From Octopus sinensis (Eukaryota): DNA of 64,000 nucleotides. Every line of letters starts with the position of its first letter. Within the stretch, counting starts at the first letter, position 1. The position numbers were made by a program, and so were the translations under genes. The notes beneath the pieces were generated by a model that ran no database searches, was not told the DNA's origin, and was given only the letters and a program-made list of their open reading frames with translations. Positions 41,103 to 55,261 of the stretch are shown here, in pieces. Location of the stretch: assembly GCF_006345805.1 (NCBI RefSeq), contig NC_043000.1:57660001-57724000 (forward strand), read 5' to 3'.

Positions 41103-42298
41103 AGAATGTCAGTGTTTATTAAAATTTTGATAGACAAAATTTAATTTTTATTATGAATGCCTGTTTTCAAACTGATGGTCATTATGGTCCAGGCACTGCT
41201 GATAATGAGAAGCAATGGAATTGCAAACATCAAGAAGCCTTTTATTTAGCATTTGTGTGTACTCTCCTCCACTGGCTGCCCTCTACTGTCAACTGTTGTG
41301 GGCTTTGTACCATAAACATTACCTTTTAAGTATCTCCATTAAAACAAAAGTAGTCTGAGGTCCGGTGGATGGAGAGGATAATCTACTGAATCTCTTTGTT
41401 CAATACATCTATTTGGTAAAATCTCATCAAAGTAGGCTCTTACATTACTCTGGTAGTATGGGTGTGTCCCTTCTTGGTGAAAAGAAAATTCCACATCTTC
41501 AGAGTCCTCTTGAATGTTTGGCATGAAAGATTCTTACAAGTTCAAGTAAAGGGGACCAGTCAAAGTACGATCAAACATGCATGGTCAAATTAACCGTTTT
41601 GATGATAATCTATGCTAAACTATAACTCTAGGTAAATTAACATGGTGTTCCCTGTAAAATGCAAATTCTTGGGTTCCCAGTAGGTGTGATTGTGGCAGTT
41701 GCTTGAGCCATTTAATTTAACTGTAGCTTCATCACTCCAAACAATCTTTGCTGGAAAGGGTGCATCTTCCACACATCTTGCCAAGTTCCACTTGCAAAAC
41801 TCCTCTTTTTGGCCTGGATCAACTTCATCAAAAGCATCGATTATTTTTGGAATGTAACTTTTCTAATGACAGTACTTCAAATGCAATGGAAACTTGATTT
41901 TGAAATTCCTATATCATGAATCACTTGCTGCAATGATTTTCTCAAAATCTGGTAATATGTTCCTTGTATCTTTTCTCATCTTGTGGTGGGGCTTGTCACT
42001 GTCCACAGTTTTCAGGAACATTTCTTATGAACATTCTGAGCAGTCCAATCTGCTTCAAACTTATCTCTGATAGAGTGATGATGGTAAATTGCATAGATGG
42101 ATCTTTTTGAAACTCCCTCCTAAACTGTCTTTGCACTTTGTGTTTTTAAACTTCCAGTAGCATAGGACGAATTTCCTTTGAACAAAGCTTAGAGTAGCTC
42201 CCTTCATTATTTCTAATGGATTAGATCTAAAAAGAAATAAAAATTGAGTTCAATTATCAGCTGTTAAAGTGTGTATACATTTTTGGGAGACACCCTGT
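41101..42298 (-). mobile_element. Decayed Tc1/mariner-superfamily transposon (DD41D-like spacing)
   Basis: Frameshifted ORF: [67 protein letters not shown]...LPNRCIEQRDSVDYPLHPPDL. Right terminus CAGGGTGTCTCCCAAAAATGTATACAC (minus strand). The left terminus is uncertain. Confidence 0.85.
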
Positions 42299-42492
42299 CT
42301 ATGTAGAAAGTTTTGTAACAGCTGGGTTAGGCAATGAGAAAGTGTCAGGAAGTATTGGCTACATTGTAGTATAATGACAAATTCAGCCTGTGCAGGGTCA
42401 ATGTGAGAGGCGTTGGAAAAACTTGTCTATAGCCACTAAAGATGATGACATGTGGTGTGTATGTGTGTGTGTGTGTGAAAGAGAGAGAGAGA

Positions 42493-42582
<90 letters not shown>

Positions 42583-43233
42583 GAAATTTGCTGATATCCA
42601 GAGGAGCTGTGGATTCATGGATTCTATGTAAGCTCAGACACTGCTGTAGGGACACAAAATGTAGCCTGAATAGCAGAGATAAATGATGTGAGAGTTTGTA
42701 TTCTAATCCTAAATGGGAAATAATTTCCAGTTTGCATGTTTAGGAGTAGATGGTAAGTAGAAGATTATGATTAAATGAAAGCCAATAAATGATAATGTTG
42801 AAGGAGAATTTACAATGAAAATGAATTGCTCTTTGTTTTGGATGTAGTTGCTACCATAACTGTATGTATTCAAACACTGATGCTTGAGAATGAAATCTCT
42901 TAAGTAAACAGTTGGCTTAAATGTGTTTACAGGTAGCAAATCTAAGTTTCACAAATATTAGATAACGGGTAACAACCTTTAAAAATATTATAATATTCCT
43001 TCTTACAAATAAGAATCTTCCTATCATTGTAGTAGTAATAATAGAAACAAAATATTTATTGAGAAGTGAGAAAAAGAAAGTATATGTATGTATCTATCCT
43101 TTTTATCATCCAAAACTCTGAATAATAACAGTGTGAAGTTGAATCATCAGCTATGAATGTATATATATATATATATATATATGTAGGTCCCGGGTTGAGT
43201 TGGGGTTAACCACAGTAAATAAGGTACTCAATA

Positions 43234-43463
43234 CATGGCAGAGTAAATTAATTTATTTTATAGAAGGAGCTTCTACAGGACTAGAACTGTTTCATTCAAA
43301 TGAAATCATCAGGAAGCTTCCTGATGATTTCATTTGAATGAAACAGTTCTAGTCCTGTAGAAGCTCCTTCTATAAAATAAATTAATTTACTCTGCCATGA
43401 GCTTCCTGATGATTTCATTTGAATGAAACAGTTCTAGTCCTGTAGAAGCTCCTTCTATAAAAT

Positions 43464-43467
<4 letters not shown>
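43234..43467. repeat. Perfect spacerless 166-bp palindrome plus a tandem third copy of the right arm
   Basis: 43234-43316 is the exact reverse complement of 43317-43399, centred on AAG|CTT. 43400-43467 repeats the right arm. Confidence 0.95.
43321..43365 (+). ncRNA. Hammerhead-like core (CTGATGA...GAAAC...GTC); three copies at this locus
   Basis: CTGATGA at 43321-43327, stem II TTC-ATTT-GAA, GAAAC, GTC at 43352-43354. Further copies lie at 43406 (+) and in the left arm (-). Stem I does not pair next to the core. Confidence 0.45.
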
Positions 43468-43489
<22 letters not shown>

Positions 43490-43515
<26 letters not shown>

Positions 43516-44357
43516 CACTAATCCAATAACAACAATACAAAGTATAAAGACCTTAAAACGGTTTTTGTGCATTTACAGAGAATACCGAACTGTCTTACAC
43601 GGGATCTTGTTTTTAGGAATTGCCAATAAATTAAGAATACCCAAATTGTGAAGTTAGTTATGTAATAACATGAAATTAGTTACCCGATAGTAAGAATTCA
43701 AATAAAGTAGCCCCAAAATGGGCTTTAATACATTCCCAGATTATACAGAACGTAGGAGGAAATAATAATAAAGTATGTATACTAAAATCGTGAAGCATGT
43801 TATGTAATAACAGGCTAATCAGATATGAGATATTAACAATTCAAAGTAAATAACTCTGAAAAGGGCTTTTGTGCATTCCCAGAGAATATTACCCTCAGAG
43901 GAGCTAGTGTTGGTATATTCGTGAATAAGTCACTAACTGAAATAAGTGGATCAATTGTTAGGAAAATACTATTTACTTGTTTAAGCGTTGTACTGGATAT
44001 TTTGGGAAAATAACTCTAACAATTCAAATACTAAGAAATAAGCATACTCAATTTCATTTTTACCAAATAATTTAGGAAAAGGAATGGGTTATTTTACTTG
44101 GCTATATATTAAGAACCCTTCCATAGGTTATTTCCCTTGGTTTTTAAAATAAAATATATTAGATATATATAAGGATCCCCTCCAGGTGCCCTATTATCGA
44201 TTTTTTTCAACAATCTGAGTATGTCATGAGGTTTCCAGACATGAGTTGTACTCATGTGTCAAGTTTCATCAAAATCGATAAAACGATGTAGAAGTTAGCT
44301 AACAAACAACTCCCAAAACACACCCACAGACAGAATTTCCCACATATGTAGTAGATA
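43490..44357 (+). mobile_element. Non-autonomous Helitron-like (Lep1/HINE-type) element with internal degenerate ~140-150 bp repeats
   Basis: 3' part AAGTTTCATCAAAATCG...GTAGAAGTT...ACAGACAG...GTAGTAGAT resembles Lep1-type Helitron ends. GTGAAG..GTTATGTAATAACA and GGCTTT..GCATTCCCAGA motifs recur internally. Confidence 0.45.
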
Positions 44358-44929
44358 TATATATACACACACATACAAATATTTATACAAATATATATAT
44401 TTATGGATATATGCAGATGTATATTCATACATATTCATACAAACTCTATAAGTTTGTGCATGTGTGTGTGTGTGTGTGTGCATGCGCATGTCCATAGCTC
44501 TATCAATTAAAAATGGCTACATAAAAAAAGGTGGCGAGCTGGCAGTATTATTAAAGCACCAGGCAAAAATGCTGAACAACATAACATTTTCCAAGGTGGT
44601 GCTCCAGCATGGTCACAGTCAAAATGACTAAAGTAAACGATGTAAATTGTGAAATTATCAAACCACACAAAAGTTATTAGTTTAATGAAACATTTGCATT
44701 AAGTATTCCTTAATTTATGATTTGATTGCTCAAATATATGTATGTATGCATATATATGTATGTATGCATGAATATATATATAAAAAAATGTTTTTGGAGA
44801 AATAAAGACATACATCTCTACATGAAGACGAGCAGAGATATTAAGACAGTCCAAGCAGACAGAGTAAAACATGCACATACAAAATGAAATAGTGTAATAA
44901 TATGATAATTGCTTGAAAAGGCATGCCCA

Positions 44930-46700
<1,771 letters not shown>

Positions 46701-47022
46701 TCATATATACACATTTATACACACACATACAGACAAGCAAAAACACAAGTATACACTGCCAAAAGATAAAAATCAACTACATGGATACATGGAGGTGTCT
46801 GAGGGTAAAACATCATATCAAATGACATGGGTAGATGTTTCTCCATACTTAATACTTACTTTGAATTAGGGGAATTATCTCCCTTAGAACTTCTTCCGCT
46901 ACCTAGGCTAAAAAAACCATAAAAAAAAAGAAAACAGCAAACTTGAAATGATTTCATACATAAAAGATTTTTTTCTTTTTTACAGATAGCATTCATACTT
47001 AGCTTTTATTCAACTTGGTTTT

Positions 47023-47070
<48 letters not shown>

Positions 47071-47847
47071 CAATAGATCACAGAAATTCAGAATATTTGG
47101 GATAATTAAAAAAAAAGTTAAAAAGAAAAATTCCACAAAGTAATTAAGACCAAACAGTAATATAGTTATATATTTCCCCCCCAAAAGGTTTTTAAAATCA
47201 GCAAAATTACAACAGAAAAATAAATCTTATGAGTTATAGAGGCTGATTCTTCTGTGGAACAAGTTAATATCTAGGAAAGAAATAACTGATGCTGAATGAG
47301 ACAGTTAAAAGAAGAAATTCTTCAATTTTTCTCTGAGGCTTATGTAAAATAACAAATAAAGAGAAGAATTTAAGGGACCTGGTTTGGTAGAGTTGCCAAA
47401 AATCACTTAGTAAAAAGTACACATTTAGATAACAGTGTATGCTTTGTTCAAAATGACAGGATTATTTCCTTGTGGTTTACAAACTTATTCAGATTTGTAA
47501 ATTTATAAAATGTATTGTAATTTGATATGATATCTTGACCAAGATTATTCCTGACAGAAACTAAGTTGTTTAAAACTGGTGATCCAAAATGCGTTTAATA
47601 ACCAACTGGTGTAGTGTTAGAATCATTCAATTTTTAAATAGAATATACCCAAAGAATGTAAACCTGGGATGAAGAAATAGAACAATAAGGCAATAAACTA
47701 CATATTATAGGCGTCTATAAAATGAATTTAATTTCACACTTCTCATAGTCAATTTCAACTAGATATACTTAAACACATACAGAGTTTATAGAAAGAAAGT
47801 AGAATAATAAAACAACTGATTGTGCTTGGTGGTATATCATAAAACTC

Positions 47848-47981
47848 AGTAGTACTCCAGTTTTCGAACAACTCTGATTGCAAATATATCATGCTTTATA
47901 TATATATATATAGATAAATATAAATATATATAAAGCACGAAATATTCATGATCAGAGGCGCCCAGAAACCGAGGTACTATT
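47848..47981. repeat. Old degenerate inverted repeat around a TA microsatellite
   Basis: AGTAGTACTCCAGTTTTCG...CATGCTTTATA versus TATAAAGCACG...AGAAACCGAGGTACTATT, roughly 70% arm identity by eye. Confidence 0.6.
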
Positions 47982-49670
47982 GTATTAAATGAATACGAGA
48001 AAGACAGGAGATAAAGTACGATTTATTTGAGATCAGAGTTGTTCAAAAATTGAGTTTCTACTGTACTGCTTTTCAAGGTAAAACAATATTTTCTTGTATA
48101 AATAAGATATCTAACTTTTGTAAGAGATGAAAAATAAGAATTTGATACTATGCTCATACTTTTATCCAAACTTACTTGTTATGTAACTGAAATAAAGTGG
48201 TCCTGCTTATCTAAAGCAAATTTGTTAATAAATACTTCCAGAAGAATTCAAATTGAATAACATGAATATCATGTCGAGTTTAATGAGGTGAAAGAGAACT
48301 TCAAACATTGGTCATGGAAAATATCTTAGTGTATATATTAACAGTAGCTCGATTCTTTGTAAAGCCATGTTCTAGCTACTGTAGAACTTCTGAAAACTCA
48401 TGGCTACAAAGTTTTCAGTGTGGAAAATACCAGAAATAGCTGGAGGATATCTCTTGGCTGTTACATCATATAGATTTCATCACTGATTTCTAAGATGTAC
48501 TGGTGCAATTTCCCTGATGTACCAAGTAAATTTAGATTAAGGAAATTTGCTTTTGTTTTCTTCTGTCTCTACTTTTTATTTGAGTGAAAAAGTAGTTGCT
48601 ACAAACTACAGCGTCTCTCTTGGACAGGTATTCACATATGACTTTGCTTGGCCCATTATGTGCCATCTCCACTCACCACCACCAACATCACCTTTTCTGG
48701 CATTAAGTTGGTTCAGTGCCCATTGTTTACTGTCCTCTGTGTGTGTGAGAGAAAAAGAGAGAGAGAGAGATCACAAATCAGTGCTATTGGTAACATGTAA
48801 TCCAGTATAACTTGTATTTATAGCCAGGTCATTGGTGACTACATTGGCTCACCCACTAAGAATGCTTAGAGAGGAGGGTCTGCTGGAAGCCCAGGAGAAA
48901 AATACAAGAGATATTAAAAGGTAGAAAGAACCTAGCACAGTGTCAACAACTATCTGGTAGGAAAGTGTATGAATGTGTCTGTGTCAGTGGGGACTTGCAA
49001 ATACTCGAAATGATGAATGAGCACATTCTAAAACTACTTGGAAGTTATCTTAGTTCTAGTCAGAGCATCTATGTAGGAGTTGCAAATCTCAGAATTTTAG
49101 ACTCCTATCATCTTATACTGCCTTGGTTGATGAAAAGCTAAATCTAATATGAAATCTTCAGTTGATGCTCCCAGCACTCAGCTTAATATTTTCTTGTCAT
49201 TGGAACATGATAGCTGATAGTTAGAGAGTACTATTTTTGTTGTACTAGCATCTGTCACTATAATTACTTTGTTTGGTCATCTGTTTTACAAATATTTTTT
49301 TCCATTTTTGCATAGTTTAGATGATTATATTTTCACACAATGTTTCATAGCTGGATCCTCTCCCTGTCACTAACCCTTACTTTATTCCACATGTCTATGA
49401 AAGCACAAAGCAAGCAGACAAATTTTTAACAAGTGAAAATAACAACATGATGCATATATATATATATATATATATTTAAAAAAAGGAGATGTCGAACACG
49501 AGTGGTGATATATAAAAAAGGAAATGAAGAAAATGCTGACAAATAATTGAAGTAATTTAAGTAATTTAATTAGGTGAAGTTCTTTTACGGTTGCACATTT
49601 GTTATGCTTATCAAAATTAATATATATATATATATATATAATATATATATATATATTATATATATATATG

Positions 49671-49702
<32 letters not shown>

Positions 49703-49866
49703 ATATATAGAGATATATATGTATATGTATATATATATATAATGTATATGTATATGTATATATATTATATATATATATATATATAATATATGTATGTATA
49801 TATATATAGAAAGAGAGACATACTAATATGTACATATATAAATTACACACACACACAAACACATAC

Positions 49867-49934
<68 letters not shown>

Positions 49935-49986
49935 TTATATAGTAACCACATGTGAATAGTTGGCGAATTTTTTTCCTCTGTTTCCT

Positions 49987-50021
49987 GTTTTGGAAGAAGA
50001 GCATTGCTCAAAATGTAAAAC
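49987..50021 (+). ncRNA. Decayed single-arm minimal hammerhead-like motif
   Basis: GTTT TGGAAGA A GAGC-ATT-GCTC AAA ATGT A AAAC. The CAAAATGT is what CpG decay of CGAAACGT would give. Confidence 0.35.
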
Positions 50022-50262
50022 CACCTTTCTTTCCTTCCCTAAACATTTGCTTATACTTTGCCTGTACCACGTTCTAGTGTTGTTGTTTCTTTTCTTGTGT
50101 GTATTTTTCATTCTTTTGGATTTATATATTTACATACATACATATATATACATACACACACACATACATATATATACATATATATAAATATACACACATA
50201 AATATATATATATATACACACACATACATATATGTATACACACACACACACACACACACACA

Positions 50263-50440
50263 TACAGGGTGCAATGGGTAAATTGTTGCCATTTTATTTT
50301 TTTAATTTTGTGCATGCTCATTGTTTATTTTGATTTTGTCGATTAAACAGTATGGTAAATATATTTGTTAAAATGAGATGTCAGTGTTATTTTTTAACTT
50401 TTGAGAAATTTAGATGACAATTTATTCGCTGCACCCAGTA
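50263..50440. mobile_element. Tc1/mariner-type MITE
   Basis: TA-flanked imperfect TIRs TACAGGGTGCAATGGGTAAATTGT and TACTGGGTGCAGCGAATAAATTGT (19/24 match). Confidence 0.75.
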
Positions 50441-50443
50441 TAT

Positions 50444-50513
<70 letters not shown>

Positions 50514-50586
50514 ATATGTAGTTGCTATGATTGATCGCTAAATCCACAAGTTTTTAAAATTCTCTCTCTGTTTATTTCCTCATGTT

Positions 50587-50624
50587 CCTTTCTGTTGAAG
50601 TGCATAGGCTCGAAATGTAAAAGG
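50587..50624 (+). ncRNA. Single-arm minimal hammerhead-like motif
   Basis: CCTTT CTGTTGA A GTGC-ATAG-GCTC GAA ATGT A AAAGG. Stem I is 5 bp, the core has A6>U, and stem III ATGT is probably CpG-decayed ACGT. Confidence 0.45.
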
Positions 50625-51688
50625 CTTTCTCATTTTCCTGAGTGCCAAACTAATACACCTGCTTGTTGTTTATAAACCTGTCTTCATCTTTTGTTTTTCT
50701 GTAAATTTCAACTATATACATTTATATGTATATATACATATACAAATATATTTATATGCATATATACATATATATATATTATACACACACACACATTTAT
50801 ATTATAATTAGACACACATACGTGTGCAAGTAGACCTCTGACTCTTTTCTTCCTCTTTGTCTTGCAAGTTACTTGGTAACCTCACTAGTGCTGGTGCTAG
50901 ATAAAAATCACCCAGTACACTCTGTAAAATAGTTGGCACCAAGAAGGGTAACCAATTATAAAAACCACACCAAATTATGGGAACTTGACACAGTCCTCTG
51001 GTTTGTCAGGTCCTGTTGAACTGCTCATCACATGCTAGCATGACAGAGACATAAAATGATGATGATGATTATAATTATACATATGTACATATATACAAAC
51101 ATTTACACACACACACATATACAACAAGATTTTTTCAGTTTCTGCCTATAGATCCATTCACTATATATATACCTATATATCTATATATATGGAAAGAAGG
51201 GGTGCGTTTCAACACAGGAAAACATATAGACGAATTTGTTATTGAATATGCACCTGAATATGAAAAACTTGTAATTGTTTTTAAATAAATTTATTTACAT
51301 ATATATCAAACTAGTCTCAACAATTTTTTGTTTATCAATGGTATAAATGTATATAAAACAATGGGATTTTTAAAATTTCAAATTGTGAAGTAGAAAACAT
51401 GTTTAAATGATTAAATATTCACAAAATTCAACGACGGGGTTAGATATCATAAATGATCAACAAAGAATATAAAAAATGTGGATTATTACAAGTTCAGTCA
51501 TACTGAGTTAGGAGAGAGAAATAAGAAAAGAAAAGAGTAGAAAAAACGTTTATATATATATACATAGCAAGTGACCATATCTGAGATCGTGGGCTGGAAC
51601 AAAAACAATTGCAGCATGGAAGGTGTTAATAAGTCATTTAAGAAACACACAAAAACTGTTAGATTCACTTCAACATTTAAATATAATT

Positions 51689-51735
51689 TGTCAAAATATT
51701 TTCGTCGCTTTGAGCCCACGACCTGTTCACTGACA
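51689..51735 (-). ncRNA. Candidate type-I minimal hammerhead ribozyme, G3:C8 variant (mirror copy)
   Basis: Minus strand reads TGTCA GTGAACA G GTCGT GGGCTCAAA GCGAC GAA AATATT T TGACA. All helices pair by eye. H17 is at 51694. Confidence 0.65.
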
Positions 51736-51743
51736 GCACAAAT

Positions 51744-51794
51744 TTTGTCAGTGAACAGGTCGCGGTCTCAAAGCGATGAAAATATTTTGACAAA
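51744..51794 (+). ncRNA. Candidate type-I minimal hammerhead ribozyme, G3:C8 variant
   Basis: Manual fold: stem I TTTGTCA/TGACAAA; core GTGAACA; extra G; stem II GTCGC-GGTCTCAAA-GCGAT; GAA; self-complementary stem III AATATT; H17=U at 51787. Confidence 0.65.
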
Positions 51795-51872
51795 TTAAAT
51801 TTAAATGTTGAAGTGAATCTAGCGGTTTTTGTGTGTTTCTTAAATGGCTTATAAACACCTTCCATGCTGCAA

Positions 51873-51915
<43 letters not shown>

Positions 51916-52707
51916 ATATTTCGGAATGGTCATATTGCCAGTTTAGCCAATAAATCTTGCACAACAATATTTAAACGTATATATATATATATATATATAA
52001 TATAATGAATACATAACTTTATATCTATATATATATATATATTATATATATATATATATATAGAATGAATAGATATCTTTATATATATATATATATGAAC
52101 TTTAGGTTAGTTAAAATATGTTTCTGACATATTTTAACTTCTAAAACCAAATTCACTGCAGTTAATTCTCTCTTATGGTAAAAGGTATTTTCTACACCTG
52201 TACCGTGCACCTATACAGGCAATGCCAATTTGATGGAGAGAATGAGTTAATGTACAGCACTAATATTTTATCATTATAAACAAATCATTTGAGTGGGATG
52301 ATCAGTAAGATTTGTGGAACTCTCAGCTGCCTTTTATGACAAGAGAGTTCATCAGATATATATGAGTATGTGTGAGACCTACATGTACTAGCCAGACATG
52401 CACTGAATCTCACAAGGAACATTTTAATTAATCTAACAGACATTTATACACTTAGGGTGCCCTGTAACTAATTTAAAAGTAGTTAGGGCCATGTATGCAT
52501 GTATGTATGTATGTATGTATGTATGTATGTATGTATGTATGTATGTATGTATGTATCTATCTATCTATATGTGTAAGTGTGTGCATATATATGTGTGTGC
52601 ATGTATATATGTGTGTGTATGTGTATGTGCATACATATATAAACACCCTAATCTAATTATACATATTTGTCTAACTTTTCTATTATTATATACACACAGA
52701 CACACAG

Positions 52708-52749
<42 letters not shown>

Positions 52750-55050
52750 GTATATACACACATACATGCACATACCAACATCGTGTATTGGGATAAAAAT
52801 TATAAAGACAAAAAACCCAGACAATACAAAATGAAATTGAAAAATATTACCAAGTTTTACATATCAAATATTTGTATTGTATAACGTATTATTGTGGGAG
52901 GCAACTAAATGATGTGTACATTATGCATACATTTAATTTTAGCATATCTGCAGTGTGGGTGTTTTATAGCATCAACTGATTATGGCTGTCACCTGTTAAC
53001 ATTTTCATACATAGTAAGAGCATTGTAGTGCAAATGTAAACTCTCAGAGCACCATGTCTGTGAGCTGGTTTCTTTTCTTAATTATGTTTGATCCCAAGTC
53101 ACTTCATCTATGAAACCAATGAAATATTATTGCAAAAAGCACTCATGCCACAAAGTACATTTTGTCTTCGTCTTATGACAGAAGGTATTTTAGATGAGAT
53201 ACTATAGAAACGAGACAGACAGAATGATAGTATTTTGCAACCATGATCTATCCATGCCAGCATAGAAACTAATATATTTTAATTAATGATGACTTCATAC
53301 TACATTAATACAGGAAAAGCTTGATGGATTCAAGAAAACAAATATGATAGTATACACAAAAGAAGTGTTTGTTATAATAATACAACAATTGTAAATATTA
53401 TTGTGTTGACATGAATATCAGCATAGTTTTCATAGTTTTCCTTAACCCTTTAGCATTTAAACTGAACATATCTGGTCCAAATATTCTACCTCTTTTATGT
53501 ACAAATTGGTCAGATTCAGGCTCTCACACCTATCTGACAATGTCATTCTTAAAATAAACAGTCACGTCATTGAAATCGTGAAGCTATGATATAATGCCTA
53601 ATGAACTCAAAAGAATATGAATGAACATGCATTAGATTTGACAGAATAATCTGAATACTAAAGGGTTAAATGTCAGCATACTTTGAAATATTTGTAGAAT
53701 AGTTATGACTTATCAGCACTTGTGATTAGAGTCTGAATCTTATGATTGATTGTGAACATTTGTGAGTTCCTTCAAATCTACATTCTTAAATGATACTTAA
53801 CAAGAAGGAAGTAATTAAAATTCAGATTGCTGACTTCATAAAAAATAACAGCTTGTGCCCAGATGTTAAACGAAACTGAATAATGAGCCACTATAAAATA
53901 CCAACTCACAAATATGGAAATGGGTATTAGGAACTGGGAGTGTGGTAAAGTCTGAGAGGCTGAGGGAGGAAAAGTGGCACAAAGTGTTCTAAGTTACTTG
54001 GCTTTGTGAGCTGAAATGTAGAGGAATGCTGTCGTCAAGCATACTCCCCTCCACCATTTCCAACACCCGCGGAAGTCTACTCTAAAAGTACCATCAACAT
54101 TATTTCATACTCTTACATAATCACCTGTTCTCAAACAAAACCTCAAAGAACTTTCCATCCTAACGATTTTGCATATTGGAATATTAGGGCAATGATTTTT
54201 GTAAATTTGCTTTAAATTTTTAATAATACATATTGATGTCTAAATATTTTATGCCACTGACATAAATTATCAAATCTCAGATACACAAATAGCATTTTGA
54301 ACAAATTTTTTCATCAAGAAGAACAAAACAAAGTAAAAATGTGTTACTTTTTTTTTCCCATCATAAATATAAGGTCACAGTCATTAAAATGATTGCTTGC
54401 CTTTATCTGAATAAAGGTTTGTTTTTAATTTACCATCTTACTTGGTAAATTTGCAAATATTTTCTGATGTTATGAACTTAGTTTGCAAATAGCTCTATGA
54501 CAACAATGCTAAACTTATCCGAAAATTTACATTCTTGAGTCAGCAGGAGGTTTCCTGACTTGTCATTTCTTCTCAATGTAGATTGAAGAATTAAGTTAAA
54601 CTTCAGCCAACGACTTGAAGTAGATTTACTTGCTTAGTTTTATTATCTTACTCTTTGCTAAAAGGTTGTATTAATAACACTGATTGTATTAAATCTATTG
54701 AATTCTTTGGCTGTATTTGGTGAATTGGTTAAAATTCTTCATTTCTTTACATTTTCTGCTGAACTTATTTCTGTATATAAAATATAGTTTGGCATCATTT
54801 TGACAGATTTATTGAAAGTAATATTTTGTTCAAATGTTATTTTAAAAGATTTTGTAAGATAGATTAAATGTATTTCATTATTAAATTCATTTTGTTTCTA
54901 TAATTTATTTTTCTGGTGATATTTTAAACATCTTTAAAGACATTATTAGGCAAGAATCTAATGACAAACATATTTGAAAGGAAGCTGTTTACTAGTATCT
55001 CTCTAACTTATTTATCAAATATGTTACTTTGAACACACACATGCATATAT

Positions 55051-55095
<45 letters not shown>

Positions 55096-55261
55096 CATAC
55101 ATGTATATATATATATATAATATATATATATACATACATACATATATATATATTTCAATAATAATAAAAGGGTAAAATTAATTAATTAATTAATTAATAA
55201 TTAATAATTTTACCAAGTAGTTCGGTATGTTAAAATAACCTTTTTGGGTAACATTATACAA

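Larger units (their letters stand above)
51607..51874. repeat. 268-bp palindrome ending in a (TA)n tract
   Basis: AATTGCAGCATGGAAGGTGTT...CACTGACA / TGTCAGTG...AACACCTTCCATGCTGCAATT, with a short central loop. Confidence 0.95.
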
